From an uncultured delta proteobacterium (GTDB lineage Bacteria; Myxococcota_A; Polyangia; Palsa-1104): a DNA stretch of 64,000 bases. The stretch is taken from positions 192,001-256,000 of the forward strand of contig CAWAWS010000014.1 of NCBI GenBank assembly GCA_963785725.1. The letters are read 5' to 3'. How positions within the stretch are numbered: the stretch's first letter is position 1; every line of letters begins with the position of its first letter. Made by a program: the position numbers and the translations under genes. Positions 33,996 through 45,702 of the stretch are shown here, in pieces. Below the pieces are notes generated by a model. That model saw only the letters and a list, made by a program, of their open reading frames with translations, made no database searches and was not told the DNA's origin.

Positions 33996-35426
33996 CTACT
34001 TGACGACGCGGCCTTGCACGTCGCGATATTCGATCGACTTCACGAACGGCAGCTTGCGCAGCGGCGCGTCGATGGCCTTGCGATCGCCGACGACGAGGAT
34101 GATCAGCTGCTCGGGATGAAACAGCCGCGCCGCCGCCTGACCGAGCGAGGGCACGTCGAGCTTCTCCAGCTGCGCCGGCACATGGCTCCAGGCATCGACC
34201 GGCAGATCGTGCGTCGTCAGCTCGTCGAGGTAGTTGGCCGTCTGACCGTTGTCGGCGAAGGCTTCGACGATCGCGCTCAGCACGAGCGAGCGCCCTTTGA
34301 CGACCTCGCCCGGCGTCAGCGGCGTGCGCATCCGCTGCAGCTCGCCGACGGTCTCCTTGACCGACTCGGCGGTGACGTCGGTGCGCACGGCCGCCGACGC
34401 CGTGAACGGACCGGCCGCGCGCCGCAGATCGAAGTGCGCGCGGGCGCCGTAGGTATAGCCGTGCTTTTCGCGCAGGTTCTGGTTCAGCCGTGACGTGAAC
34501 GAGCCGCCGAGCACCGTCTCCAGCAGCAAGATAGGCGCGAAATCGGGCGTCTTGCGATCGCGGCCGACGTAGCCGACGCGCAGCTCCGACTGCGGCGCGC
34601 CCGGCCGATCGACGAGCACGAGGCGCGCCGTGCCCACCGGCGCCGGCGGTGGCACGGCCGGCGGCACGGCGTTCGACTTCCAGTCGCCGAGCGTCTTGCC
34701 CACCGCCGCCACCGTCGTGTCGAGCGCGGCGTCGCCGGCGAGCACGAACGCGACCGTCTTCGGCCCGTAATGCGCGGCCCAGAAGCCGCGCACGTCGTCG
34801 ATGGTCAACGCCGCCACCGACTCCGGCGTGCCCAGCGGCGGATGGCCGTACGGATGCTCGCCGTACAACACGCGCGCGAAGACCTCGTCGGCCACTTCGC
34901 GCGGCTCGTCTTGATGGCGGCGCAGCTCGTCGAGGCGGCGCGCCTGCGCGCGCGGCCACTCGGCGGCGTCGAAGCGCGGTCGCGCCAGGATGTCGCCGAG
35001 CAGCTGCAGCGCCGGCGTCAGATTGCGCGCCAGCACGATCAGCTGCAGCTTCACTTCGTCGCCCTCGACGCGCGTGCGCAGCTCGCCGCCGAGCGCCGCG
35101 ATCGCCTGCGCCAGCTCGGGCGCGCTCTTGCCGCCGGCGCCGCCGTCTTGCAGCATCATCGCCGTCGCTGCCGCCAGCCCGGGATGGGCCGCCGGATCGG
35201 ACGCGCTGCCCGCCGCCACCGACACGAGCACGCACACGAGCGGCAGCTCGTGCTCGGCCAACACGACCACGCGCGCGCCGTTGGCGGTCGTCGCGCTGCC
35301 CGGCGCCGGCGCCGTCCACGCCGGCGGCGGCGGCATCTTCGGCGGGTGCGACAAATCCGGCGGGGCCGGCGTCGCCGCCAGCGCCGTCGACGAGAACATC
35401 AGTGCCGCTAGCAGTTGCGCGCGCAT
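33996..35426 (-). CDS. M16 family peptidase, non-catalytic partner subunit
   Basis: HELPLV, GLAAATAMML (no HxxEH), LGGSFTSRLNQNLREKHGYTYG. Confidence 0.88.
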   Translation of the reverse strand: MRAQLLAALMFSSTALAATPAPPDLSHPPKMPPPPAWTAPAPGSATTANGARVVVLAEHELPLVCVLVSVAAGSASDPAAHPGLAAATAMMLQDGGAGGKSAPELAQAIAALGGELRTRVEGDEVKLQLIVLARNLTPALQLLGDILARPRFDAAEWPRAQARRLDELRRHQDEPREVADEVFARVLYGEHPYGHPPLGTPESVAALTIDDVRGFWAAHYGPKTVAFVLAGDAALDTTVAAVGKTLGDWKSNAVPPAVPPPAPVGTARLVLVDRPGAPQSELRVGYVGRDRKTPDFAPILLLETVLGGSFTSRLNQNLREKHGYTYGARAHFDLRRAAGPFTASAAVRTDVTAESVKETVGELQRMRTPLTPGEVVKGRSLVLSAIVEAFADNGQTANYLDELTTHDLPVDAWSHVPAQLEKLDVPSLGQAAARLFHPEQLIILVVGDRKAIDAPLRKLPFVKSIEYRDVQGRVVK

Positions 35427-36763
35427 CACTTGGCCGCCTCCGGCTCGACGACGATGGTCACGTGCGGCGCCTTGAGCACCCGCTTGGCCACCGTCTGCAG
35501 CTTCTTGACGTCGACCGCATCGAAGCGGCCCAAATAGAGCGACTCGATCTTGCTCGGATCGCCGAAGATGTACTCGAAGGTGTTGAGCGCGTCGGCCATG
35601 CGTTCCGGCGTCGAGATGAAGCGCAGCTGCTGCACCTCGACGAACGAGCGCGCGCGATCGAGCTCCGCCTGCGTCACCGGCTTCTTGGCCAGGAGCTTGC
35701 CAATCTCCTCGTCGATGGCCTTCTCCAGCTCCGCCGACGTGTGCCCGCTCTGCGCCGTCGCCGTCACCGTGAACGCCGACTGATAGCGCGTCGGCGACTG
35801 ATCCACCTCCACCGACTGCGCGATCTTGCGTTCGTAGACGAGCGACTGGTAGAGCCGCGACGACTTGCCGGCGCCGAGCAGCGCCGCCAGCAGCGTCGAC
35901 TCGGCATCGCCGGGCGCGTACCACGGCGGCGACAGCCAGGCGACGACGACGCGCGGCAGCTGCACGGCGTCCTTCAGCTCGACGCGCTTGGACGCCGTCA
36001 GCTTCACCGGCGGCGGCGCCGCGTGCGGCGGCTCGGGCGCCTTCGGCATCCAGGCGAAGTAGTGGTCGACCAGCTTCTTGGCGTCCTCGGTCGCGAAATC
36101 GCCATCGATCACCAAGGACGCATTGGACGGCACGTAGAACTGGTGGAAGAACGCCTTGACGTCCTCCGCCGTCGCTGCCGTCAGATCCTCGTGCGAGCCG
36201 ATGACCGGGTGATGATAGGGGTGGTCGGGCGGAAACAGGTTCTCCGGCAGCGCCAGCTCGATGTGGCCATAAGGCCGATTCTCGATCGACTGCCGGCGCT
36301 CGTTCTTGACGACGTCACGCTGCAGATCGACCTTCTCCTTGGTCATGTCGTCGGCGAGGGTCGAGAGCCGATCGGCCTCCAAGTACAAAAACGTCTCCAA
36401 CAAGTTGGCGGGACCGACTTCGAAATAATTCGTACGATCTTCGCTGGTCGAGGCGTTGTTGGTGCCGCCGGCGGCCTCCATGATCGTGTCGAAGCTGCCG
36501 TTGGGGACGTTGCGCGTGCCCATGAACATGAGGTGCTCGAAGAGGTGCGCGAAGCCGGTGCGGCCGCTGCGCTCGTCCTTGCTGCCGACGCGGAACCAGA
36601 CGTTCACAGCGACGGTAGGCAGGTGGTGATCCTCGTGCAGGATGACGGTCAGGCCGTTGGGCAAGACGTAGCGCGTCGCGGGCACATGCAGCGTCGTTCG
36701 TTCGCTCGCCCAGGCAGGGCTCAGGAGCGACGTAAGCAGCAGGAATGACGTCAGACCTCGCAT
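35426..36763 (-). CDS. M16 family zinc peptidase (pitrilysin-like)
   Basis: LPNGL, VGSKDE, GFAHLFEHLMF, NASTSEDRTNY, VVKNERR. Confidence 0.93.
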   Translation of the reverse strand: MRGLTSFLLLTSLLSPAWASERTTLHVPATRYVLPNGLTVILHEDHHLPTVAVNVWFRVGSKDERSGRTGFAHLFEHLMFMGTRNVPNGSFDTIMEAAGGTNNASTSEDRTNYFEVGPANLLETFLYLEADRLSTLADDMTKEKVDLQRDVVKNERRQSIENRPYGHIELALPENLFPPDHPYHHPVIGSHEDLTAATAEDVKAFFHQFYVPSNASLVIDGDFATEDAKKLVDHYFAWMPKAPEPPHAAPPPVKLTASKRVELKDAVQLPRVVVAWLSPPWYAPGDAESTLLAALLGAGKSSRLYQSLVYERKIAQSVEVDQSPTRYQSAFTVTATAQSGHTSAELEKAIDEEIGKLLAKKPVTQAELDRARSFVEVQQLRFISTPERMADALNTFEYIFGDPSKIESLYLGRFDAVDVKKLQTVAKRVLKAPHVTIVVEPEAAK

Positions 36764-36851
36764 GGTCGGCACCGTAGCACAACACCCCTTCGTGACATGG
36801 GTTCGACGCGCGCTTGTTTTTTTTCTTGAGCACCCGTGCTACATCGCGGTC

Positions 36852-37514
36852 ATGCCCGCCAAGACGCCCCCCAAAGGCAAGAAGGCAGCGGCGCCAAAAG
36901 CGCCCAAGAAAACGGTCGCCAAGGCGAAGAAGCCGCCGGTCGATGAGGATGACGAGGCGGCGGAGGCCGCCGAAGATCTCGCCGCCGACGACGCCGAGGA
37001 AGGTGACGACGAGGAATTCGATCTCGGCGCCGCCCCCGAAGGTGAAGGCGACGACGAGGACGACGACGAGGATGACGACGAGGACGACGACGACGAGGAT
37101 GACGACGACGAGGGCAAGGCGGCCAAGAAGGCAGCCAAGTCGGCGACGCCGGCCAAGCCTGCGGCGAAGAAGCCGGCCGCTCCGGCGCCGGCTGCCAAGG
37201 CCAAGTCGCTCACCAGCGACGACGCCCCGGCCGTCGTTCCGGCGCGCCGTCTGACGCCCGAGGCCAAGGCGCGCGTCAACGAGATGGTCAAAAAGGGCAT
37301 GAGCCTCTCGGACGCGCTCAAGCAGGCGGCGTCGTGGGAGACGTTCGTGGCGCCGGTCAAGGACGAGCCGGCCAAGCTGGTTCAAGGTCGCATGGGCCAG
37401 AACGATCGCGGCGGTGGTGAGCCGCGGCATTCGAACTTCGCCGGCGAGACCGAGCCCGAGGACGTGCCCGAGGCCGGCGACGACGACGAGCCCGCCTCCG
37501 CCGACGAAGACTAG
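36852..37514 (+). CDS. Low-complexity protein with alternating Lys/Ala/Pro and Asp/Glu blocks
   Basis: MPAKTPPKGKKAAAPK, long D/E run, small central helical segment; typical codon use. Confidence 0.7.
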   Translation: MPAKTPPKGKKAAAPKAPKKTVAKAKKPPVDEDDEAAEAAEDLAADDAEEGDDEEFDLGAAPEGEGDDEDDDEDDDEDDDDEDDDDEGKAAKKAAKSATPAKPAAKKPAAPAPAAKAKSLTSDDAPAVVPARRLTPEAKARVNEMVKKGMSLSDALKQAASWETFVAPVKDEPAKLVQGRMGQNDRGGGEPRHSNFAGETEPEDVPEAGDDDEPASADED

Positions 37515-37521
37515 CCCGCGC

Positions 37522-38292
37522 TTGTCCTGGGCCTGGGACGATCTCGACTACGCGTCGCGCTTGTGGGCGACGCTGGCCGGGATTGGCCTGACGGCGGCGG
37601 CCGCCTCGGCGCGGCTGCTGCTCGTGCCGCCGCTGACGGGGGTCAACCTCGTCGGCGCGCGGCTCGTGCAGGCGCAGCTGCAAGGGCTTCGGCTCGACGG
37701 CGCGCGGCTCGACGGCGCCGACCTGCGCAAGGCCGACCTCGACGGCGCCACGTTCGACGGCGCCATCCTCGCATACGCAAACCTGAGCTGGGTCGACGGC
37801 TGTGACGTCGCGTTGGCGGCGGCGTCGCTGGTGGCGGCCGATCTGACCGAGGCCTCGCTGCCGCGGGCGCGCGCCGACGGGGCCGACTTCGAAGGCGTCG
37901 TCGCCAACCGCGCCGGCTTGGCGGGCGCGTCGCTGCGCGCGGCGCGGCTCGTGGACGCTCTCTTCGAGAGCGCCGACTTGAGCGGCGCCGACCTGCGCGC
38001 CGCGTTCCTGACCGGCGCGCAGCTGCCGCTGGCCGATCTGCGCGGCGCCGACCTGCGGCAAGCGGTCTGCAAGCGCTGCGACTTCCGCGGCGCCGACTTC
38101 ACGGGCGCGCAGCTCGACGGCGCGCTGCTCGAGGGCGCGCGCTTCGGTGCCCCGGTCGATGATTTAGGATTGCCGCTGGCTTCTCGCTTGTCGACGCGAA
38201 CGGCGGCGCCGTTACCGACGCTGGAGCAGCTGGAATTGGCGCGTTGGAATCAGATCGTGATCGACGGCGCGATCAGATCGCGGAGGACGTAG
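37522..38292 (+). CDS. Pentapeptide repeat protein
   Basis: Tandem A[D/N/R]Lxx repeats (ARLDG ADLRK ADLDG; ADLSG ADLRA); start uncertain. Confidence 0.82.
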   Translation: MSWAWDDLDYASRLWATLAGIGLTAAAASARLLLVPPLTGVNLVGARLVQAQLQGLRLDGARLDGADLRKADLDGATFDGAILAYANLSWVDGCDVALAAASLVAADLTEASLPRARADGADFEGVVANRAGLAGASLRAARLVDALFESADLSGADLRAAFLTGAQLPLADLRGADLRQAVCKRCDFRGADFTGAQLDGALLEGARFGAPVDDLGLPLASRLSTRTAAPLPTLEQLELARWNQIVIDGAIRSRRT

Positions 38293-38304
38293 CTCGCGTC
38301 GGGC

Positions 38305-38775
38305 TTAGAGGCTGCCGTTGTCGCAGACGCCGAAGAGCGTGAAGCAGGTGAAGCCTTGGCTCGTGCAGCAGTCGCTGTCGGTCGTGCACGGGTCGAGCTC
38401 CACGCCGCACGCCGCGTTCTGCGAGAGGTCGGGGGACGACGACATCGCCATGTCGTGCACCACCGTGCCGCCGCCGCCGGAGCTGCCGCCGCCGCCGGAC
38501 GTGCCGCCACCACTGCCGCCGCCGCCACCGGCGTTTCCGCCGCCGCCGCCGCCGCCGGTGCCGCCCCCGCCGCCCGTCTCGACCATCGACAGATCAGCCG
38601 GCGTGCTCACGCCGGGCATGTTCTGGCACTTGTCGTTGACGCAGTAAAAACCACTGGGGCAAGTGTCGTCTTGTCCCTGAACGCAGGCGAAGCCTTCGTT
38701 CTTGATTTTGGGGTTGAAACAGCCGGCCGCCGCGAGGCCGATTACGCACGCAAAAGCAATGTTAAATCCGCGCAC
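38305..38775 (-). CDS. Cys/Gly-rich lipoprotein
   Basis: Lipobox LAAAGC, two Cys-rich knots separated by a poly-Gly linker. Confidence 0.72.
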   Translation of the reverse strand: MRGFNIAFACVIGLAAAGCFNPKIKNEGFACVQGQDDTCPSGFYCVNDKCQNMPGVSTPADLSMVETGGGGGTGGGGGGGNAGGGGGSGGGTSGGGGSSGGGGTVVHDMAMSSSPDLSQNAACGVELDPCTTDSDCCTSQGFTCFTLFGVCDNGSL

Positions 38776-38849
38776 AGGTCTTCATACGATCATTCAACCG
38801 AACCTTCAACAACATTGCATGACTAGCGTCACTACGGTATCTGAGCGGC

Positions 38850-39350
38850 ATGTCGGAAACGATGTTGGACGTGCGCGATCTGCCCAAAGCCGAAGCGTAT
38901 GAACAGCTTGAGCAGCAATTGAACGCCATTCTGGACGGCGTCGACGACGAGATTACGGCCATGGCGACCATCAGCTGTGTCGTACAAAACGGCTTCGGCC
39001 ACCTGTGGAGCGGCTTTTACCGCGTCGTGTCACCGGCGCTTTTGCGCGTCGGGCCCTACCAAGGCACGCTCGGCTGCCTCGAGATCGCCTTCGGACGCGG
39101 CGTGTGCGGGACGGCCGCCGCCGAGAAGCGCACCGTCGTCGTCGCCGATGTCGACGCCTTCCCCGGCCATATCAGCTGCGACGGCCGCTCCAAGAGCGAG
39201 ATCGTCGTGCCGGTTCTCGACGGCGACGGGAACTTATTGGCCGTCTTCGACGTCGACAGCGAGCGTGTGGCGACCTTCGACGACGAGGACGCGCGCGGGC
39301 TCGCCAAGCTGCTCGGCTGGTTCGCCCGCCGCCGCAATCGTGCTAACTAA
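38850..39350 (+). CDS. GAF-domain protein, free methionine-R-sulfoxide reductase (YebR/MsrC-like)
   Basis: WSGFY, GPYQG..GC, GRGVCGTAA, DVDAFPGHISCD..SKSEIVVP, DVDS. Confidence 0.88.
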   Translation: MSETMLDVRDLPKAEAYEQLEQQLNAILDGVDDEITAMATISCVVQNGFGHLWSGFYRVVSPALLRVGPYQGTLGCLEIAFGRGVCGTAAAEKRTVVVADVDAFPGHISCDGRSKSEIVVPVLDGDGNLLAVFDVDSERVATFDDEDARGLAKLLGWFARRRNRAN

Positions 39351-39356
39351 CCGCTC

Positions 39357-40336
39357 ATGAAGCTCGCCACTCTTCGCGACGGCGGCCGCGACGGCACGCT
39401 CATCGTCGTCAGCCGCGACGGCAGCCGCTACACGCCGGCGACAGGCATCGCGCCCACGCTGCAAGCCGCGCTCGACGACTGGGCCGACGTCGAGCCGCGC
39501 CTGCGCGCAGCTCGCCGAGCGGCTGCAGCATGAGCCCATTGGCGGCATGCCGCTCGACCCGACCAAGCTGCACGCGCCGTTGCCGCGCGCCTACGAGTGG
39601 GTCGACGGCTCGGCCTTCTTCAACCACGTCATCCTCGTGCGCAAAGCGCGCGACGCCGAGCCGCCCGCGACGCTGCGCACCGATCCGCTCGTCTATCAGG
39701 GCGGCTCCGGCGTGCTGCTCGGACCGACGCGACGACATCGTGCTCGCCGACGAGAGCTGGGGCCTCGACTTCGAGTCCGAGGTCTGCGTCATCCTCGGCG
39801 ACACGCCGCAAGGCACGCGCGCCGACGGCGCCGGCCGCCACGTCAAGCTGCTGCTGCTCGCCAACGACGTGACGCTGCGCAACCTGGTGCCCAACGAGCT
39901 GGCCAAGAGCTTCGGCTTCTTCCAGTCGAAGCCGGCGACCGCGTTCTCGCCGTTCGCGGTCACGCCCGACGAGCTCGGCGACGCCTGGCGCGGCGGCCGC
40001 GTGCACCTGCGCGCTGCGCACGACCTACAACGGCACGCTCGTCGGCGACTGCGACGCGGCGCCGAGATGCACTTCAGCTTCCACGAGCTCATCGCGCACA
40101 TCGCCAAGACGCGCGCGTTCACCGCCGGCACCATCGTCGGCAGCGGCACGGTGTCCAACGCCGACCGCGCGCGCGGCATCTCGCTGCCTCGCCGAGCGCC
40201 GCATGATCGAGACGATCGAGAGCGGCAAGCCGACGACGCCGTTCATGAAGGTCGGCGACTCGGTCGCCATCGAGATGCGCGCCGCCGACGGCTCCAGAGC
40301 TTGTTCGGCACCATCGCGCAGAAGGTCGTGTCATGA
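39357..40336 (+). CDS. Fumarylacetoacetate hydrolase family protein (multiple frameshifts)
   Basis: MKLATLRDGGRDG, PLPRAYEWVDGSAF, DFESEV, NDVTLRNL, GFFQSKP, GSGTVSN. Confidence 0.88.
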
Positions 40337-40991
40337 AGCTCGTCCTCACAGCTATTGGCGCTCGTCGGCCGTCGTGGCGCGTGCGCATCGGGCTGGCAGC
40401 TCAAGCGGCTCGCCTACGAGTACGTGCGCGGTGAACCTCGTGCGCGACGGCGGCGAGCAGCACAAGCCGGACTACGCGGCGCGCAATCCGATGGCGCAGG
40501 TGCCGACGCTCGAGCTCGACGACGGCGGCGGCCTCGCTCGCGCAGTCGCTGGCGATTCTCGAGTATCTCGAGGAGACGCATCGCGAATCCGCCGCTGTTG
40601 CCGCGCGATCCCTACTTGCGCGCGCGCTGCGCGGCAGCTGGCGGAGCTCGTCAACGCCGGCATCCAGCCGCTGCAAAACACCGGGCCGCAGCAGCGACTG
40701 AAGGCGCTCGGCGTCGACGAAGTGGCGTGGTCGCGCCACTTCATCGCGCAAGGCCTGACGGCGCTGGCGGCGACGGCGGAAGCGACGGCGGGCAGATTCC
40801 TCGTCGGTGACGCGCTCACGCTGGCCGACGTCTGCCTCGTGCCGCAGCTTTACAACGCGCGTCGCTTCGGTGTCGATTTGACGCAACCACCGTTTGCGCT
40901 CCTCGGCCGCGTCGAAGCGGCGTGCCTGGAGCTCGAGGCGTTCCAACTGGCTCAACCGGACCGGCAGCCGGACGCGGTCCAAGGAAAGTAA
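40333..40991 (+). CDS. maiA: Maleylacetoacetate isomerase, GST zeta (multiple frameshifts)
   Basis: SYWRSS, NPMAQVPTL, GIQPLQN, LADVCLVPQLYNARRF, PDRQPDA. Confidence 0.88.
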
Positions 40992-40994
40992 AAC

Positions 40995-42175
<1,181 letters not shown>

Positions 42176-42240
42176 CGCCGGCCCAACTCCGCGTCGAGCA
42201 ATGTGGCTCGGCGCGGCCAAATCGGGCGAAGATGGCGGCG

Positions 42241-42699
42241 ATGCCGAAGCCGCAGCGTCTTTCGCTCGATGACTTCCTGCCGTATCGCTTATCCGTCGCC
42301 GACAACGTCGTAAGCGCCGTCATCGAGCGCGCTTATGCCCGGCATGCGCTGTCGGTGCCGCAGTGGCGCGTCATCGCCGTCCTCGGCGAGGCCGACGCGC
42401 TCAGCCAGCGCGCCATCGTCGACCGCACGCGCATGGACAAGCTGGTGGTCAGCCGCGCCGCGCGCGCCCTCGAGTCGCGCCGGCTGGTCGCGCGCCGGCA
42501 AGACGCCGGCGATCGCCGCGCGCTCAGCCTGTCGCTGTCGGCGGCCGGGCGGCGCCTCTACGCGGCCGTGATTCCGGCGGCGCTGGCCGGGCAACGGCGC
42601 ATCGTCGAGCAGCTGGCGGCCGGCGAGCGCAAACAGCTGGAGCGGCTGCTGCGCAAAGTGGAGGCGGCGGCGCTGGCTTGCCGCGATAGTATCAAATGA
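42241..42699 (+). CDS. MarR family transcriptional regulator
   Basis: LDDFLPYRLS, QWRVIAVL, MDKLVVSRA, DRR..L.LS..G. Confidence 0.9.
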   Translation: MPKPQRLSLDDFLPYRLSVADNVVSAVIERAYARHALSVPQWRVIAVLGEADALSQRAIVDRTRMDKLVVSRAARALESRRLVARRQDAGDRRALSLSLSAAGRRLYAAVIPAALAGQRRIVEQLAAGERKQLERLLRKVEAAALACRDSIK

Positions 42700-42705
42700 T
42701 ACTAT
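42686..42705. promoter_or_regulatory. Putative MarR operator overlapping the hmgA -10 box
   Basis: Perfect IR ATAGTATCA-AA-TGATACTAT; TACTAT lies 6 nt before the hmgA ATG. Confidence 0.7.
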
Positions 42706-42711
42706 TAGCGC

Positions 42712-43992
42712 ATGAGCTACCAGCCCGGGTTCGGTAATCACTTCGTCACCGAGGCGGTCGCGGGCGCGCTGCCCGAAGGGCGCAACTCGCCGCAGCGCGT
42801 GCCCTTCGGCCTCTACGCCGAGCAGCTCTCGGGCGCGGCCTTCACGTCGCCGCGGCACGAGAACCGCCGCTCGTGGCTCTATCGGCTGCGGCCGTCGGCG
42901 GCGCACGCCAAGCTCGCGCCCATCGACGCCGGCCATATTCGCGGCGGGCCGTTCACCGAGGCGCCGCCGTCGCCCAATCGGCAGCGCTGGAGCCCATTTC
43001 CGCTGCCGACGCTGCCGACCGATTGGCTGCAGGGCCTCTTCACCATCGGCGGCAGCGGCGCGCCGGCGACGATGGCCGGCTCCGCGATCCACGTCTACGC
43101 CGCCAATCGCTCGATGGACGACGTCTTCTTCGACGCCGACGGCGAGCTCCTGATCGTGCCGCAGCTCGGCCCATTGCAAATCTTCACCGAGCTCGGCCGC
43201 CTCGAGCTCGCGCCCGGCGAATGCGCCGTCATCCCGCGCGGCGTGCGCTTTCGCGTCGCCGTCGACGGGCCGGTGCGCGGCTACGTCTGCGAAAATTACG
43301 GCGCGCCGTTTCGCCTGCCCGAGCTCGGGCCGATCGGATCGAACGGCCTCGCCAACGCGCGCGACTTCCTGACCCCGGTCGCGGCCTTCGAAGACGTGGC
43401 CAAGCCGACGCGGCTGGTCGAGAAATTCCAGAACGGCTTGTGGGCGACGACGCTCGACCATTCGCCGCTCGACGTCGTCGCCTGGCACGGCAATCTCGCG
43501 CCCTACAAGTACGATCTGGCGCGCTTCAACGTCATCAATACGGTGAGCTTCGACCATCCCGATCCGTCGATCTTCACGGTGCTGACGTCGCCGAGCGACA
43601 CGCCGGGCGTCGCCAATTGTGACTTCGTGATCTTTCCGCCGCGCTGGATGGTCGCCGAAGCGACGTTTCGTCCGCCCTGGTTTCATCGCAACGTCATGAG
43701 CGAGTTCATGGGTCTCGTGCACGGTGTGTATGACGCCAAGGCCGACGGGTTCGCGCCCGGCGGCGCGTCGCTGCACAACTGCATGAGCGCGCACGGCCCC
43801 GACGCGACGACCTACGACGGCGCGGTCGCCGCGCCGCTCGCGCCGCGGCAGATCGTCGACACCTTGGCGTTCATGTTCGAGACGCGCTGGGTGATCGCGC
43901 CGACGCGCGCGGCGTTGGAGAGCCCGGCGTTGCAGGCCGATTACGACGGCTGCTGGCGCGACCTGCGCCGCGTCGAGGCGCCGAAGATCTAG
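42712..43992 (+). CDS. hmgA: Homogentisate 1,2-dioxygenase
   Basis: [61 protein letters not shown]. Confidence 0.96.
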   Translation: MSYQPGFGNHFVTEAVAGALPEGRNSPQRVPFGLYAEQLSGAAFTSPRHENRRSWLYRLRPSAAHAKLAPIDAGHIRGGPFTEAPPSPNRQRWSPFPLPTLPTDWLQGLFTIGGSGAPATMAGSAIHVYAANRSMDDVFFDADGELLIVPQLGPLQIFTELGRLELAPGECAVIPRGVRFRVAVDGPVRGYVCENYGAPFRLPELGPIGSNGLANARDFLTPVAAFEDVAKPTRLVEKFQNGLWATTLDHSPLDVVAWHGNLAPYKYDLARFNVINTVSFDHPDPSIFTVLTSPSDTPGVANCDFVIFPPRWMVAEATFRPPWFHRNVMSEFMGLVHGVYDAKADGFAPGGASLHNCMSAHGPDATTYDGAVAAPLAPRQIVDTLAFMFETRWVIAPTRAALESPALQADYDGCWRDLRRVEAPKI

Positions 43993-44011
43993 CGCGACTA
44001 ACGTTTATCGT

Positions 44012-44509
44012 TCAGCGCGTCGCTTGCGTCGGCAGCTGCGCGCGCAGCGCGGCGAGCGCGGCGTCGTCGAACACGCCGCCGCGATAGACGACGCGGCCTT
44101 TGCGATCGAGCACGAGCGTCGCCGGCACGCGCGACTGCCCGAGCGCGTCGGCCAAGCGGAACTGCTCGTCGACGAGCTGCGCGTACGGCAGGCCGCGGCT
44201 GCGTACGAAGTCGGCGACTTTGGCGCGCGGCTCGCCGACGGCGACGGCGATGACGGTCGCGCCCGCGCCGCGCGTGGCCGCGTCGAGCCGCGCCAGCGCC
44301 GCGAATTCGCCGGTGCACGCTTCGCACCACGTCGCCCACAAGCTGACGAGCGCGGGACGGCCGGCCGCGACTTCCACCAGCTGCGCCGGCTGGCCATCGA
44401 GCGTCGCGAGCGCGACCGGCGGCAGCGGCTGCGCGGTCGGCGGCGTAACCGGCGTGGCGAGCGTCGGCGCGCAGCCGAGCAGCAGGAGCAGCGGAAGCGA
44501 ACGAATCAC
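44012..44509 (-). CDS. TlpA-family thiol:disulfide oxidoreductase lipoprotein
   Basis: LLLGC lipobox, WATWCEAC, VPATLVLDRKG. Confidence 0.88.
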   Translation of the reverse strand: MIRSLPLLLLLGCAPTLATPVTPPTAQPLPPVALATLDGQPAQLVEVAAGRPALVSLWATWCEACTGEFAALARLDAATRGAGATVIAVAVGEPRAKVADFVRSRGLPYAQLVDEQFRLADALGQSRVPATLVLDRKGRVVYRGGVFDDAALAALRAQLPTQATR

Positions 44510-44526
44510 GCGCGCATCATACGTCA

Positions 44527-45702
44527 TCAGTAGAAGCGAAAGCCGAGGCCGCACGTGATCATGTCGGCGCGTAAGTCGTTCGTTCGCCAATAGTGCTCGT
44601 AGCCGACGTCGGCGTGCAGCTCGCGCAGCCGCCGCGTCGGTTTCAAGTCGACGCCGATGGCGCCGCCGACCGTCTGGGCGACGAACGGCGCCAAGTCGCT
44701 GTCGGCGGTGCGCGGCGTCTGCGTCGTGGTCGCGCGCGTCGTGTAAAACGCGACGCCGTTCTGCTGATAGACGCGATAGGTCGCGCGCAGCCACAGCCAC
44801 GGGCTCAGCCGTTGATAGAGCTGCGCCTCGGCCGTGTGCGCGAGCAAGCCCCAATCGTCGACGTAGAAGCGGTAATACAGATGCAGCGCCGCGCGCCACG
44901 GCAGCGCTTGCACGAGCCGGCCGACGAACGCGTGGCGCTGCCGAAAGCCGGGCATCAGCTCGCTTTCGAAGCCGCCGACGACCGCCGGCACCGCGTTCCA
45001 GGTGTTACTGAGCTCGCCCGATTGCAGCGTGAGGCCGTAGTCGAGGTGCGCGATCGTCGTCGGCGACAAGAGCTGCGTGATGCCGAAGTTGACGTTCGTC
45101 GACGAACGGCCGGCACGCCCCAGTCGATGGCCGAGAAAGTCGAAGCGATCGAACCAGTCCCAGTATTCGTTGATGCTGGCGGCGAGCGTCGTGTTGTCGT
45201 CGGCGAAGCTGCGCGCCCAGCCGAGCCCGACGTCCCACGAGCGATAGGGCTCCTCGAAGTGCAGGCCGCCGTGCACGGTCCACGTCGTCGCGCGATCGGC
45301 CAGATACGTCGTCGCCAGCTCGACGGTGCCCGATTCGTTGACGCGCGAGGCGTGGCTCATGGCGTCGACGTTCCAGCTGTCGACCGCGTCGGGCGACGCG
45401 GCCGTGATGATGTCGAGCGGCACCCACAGCGTGTGCGTGATGTGCTCGCCTTGATGCGCGACGATCTCCAGCTGCGCCTGCTCGACGCTCAAGTATTCGT
45501 CGCCGGGCGAGCCGAACGCTTGCGATTGATAGCCGTGGCCGCGCTGCTCGTAGTGCGTGTAGCGCGCCGTCATCGAGTCGATCGTCCACGGTCGCGGCGG
45601 GCCGAAGATGGCGTCGGCGCCGAGCGGCTCGTCGGCGTCGACGATGGTGGGCGCGACGGCGGCGGCCGCGCACGCGAGCGCGACCACGAGGCGCAGGTTC
45701 AT
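44527..45702 (-). CDS. DUF3570-like outer-membrane protein
   Basis: DIITAAS, DNTTL, YRFYVDDWG..AHT, RVYQQ, DSDL, terminal aromatic residues; context with DUF4266 and TlpA. Confidence 0.72.
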   Translation of the reverse strand: MNLRLVVALACAAAAVAPTIVDADEPLGADAIFGPPRPWTIDSMTARYTHYEQRGHGYQSQAFGSPGDEYLSVEQAQLEIVAHQGEHITHTLWVPLDIITAASPDAVDSWNVDAMSHASRVNESGTVELATTYLADRATTWTVHGGLHFEEPYRSWDVGLGWARSFADDNTTLAASINEYWDWFDRFDFLGHRLGRAGRSSTNVNFGITQLLSPTTIAHLDYGLTLQSGELSNTWNAVPAVVGGFESELMPGFRQRHAFVGRLVQALPWRAALHLYYRFYVDDWGLLAHTAEAQLYQRLSPWLWLRATYRVYQQNGVAFYTTRATTTQTPRTADSDLAPFVAQTVGGAIGVDLKPTRRLRELHADVGYEHYWRTNDLRADMITCGLGFRFY

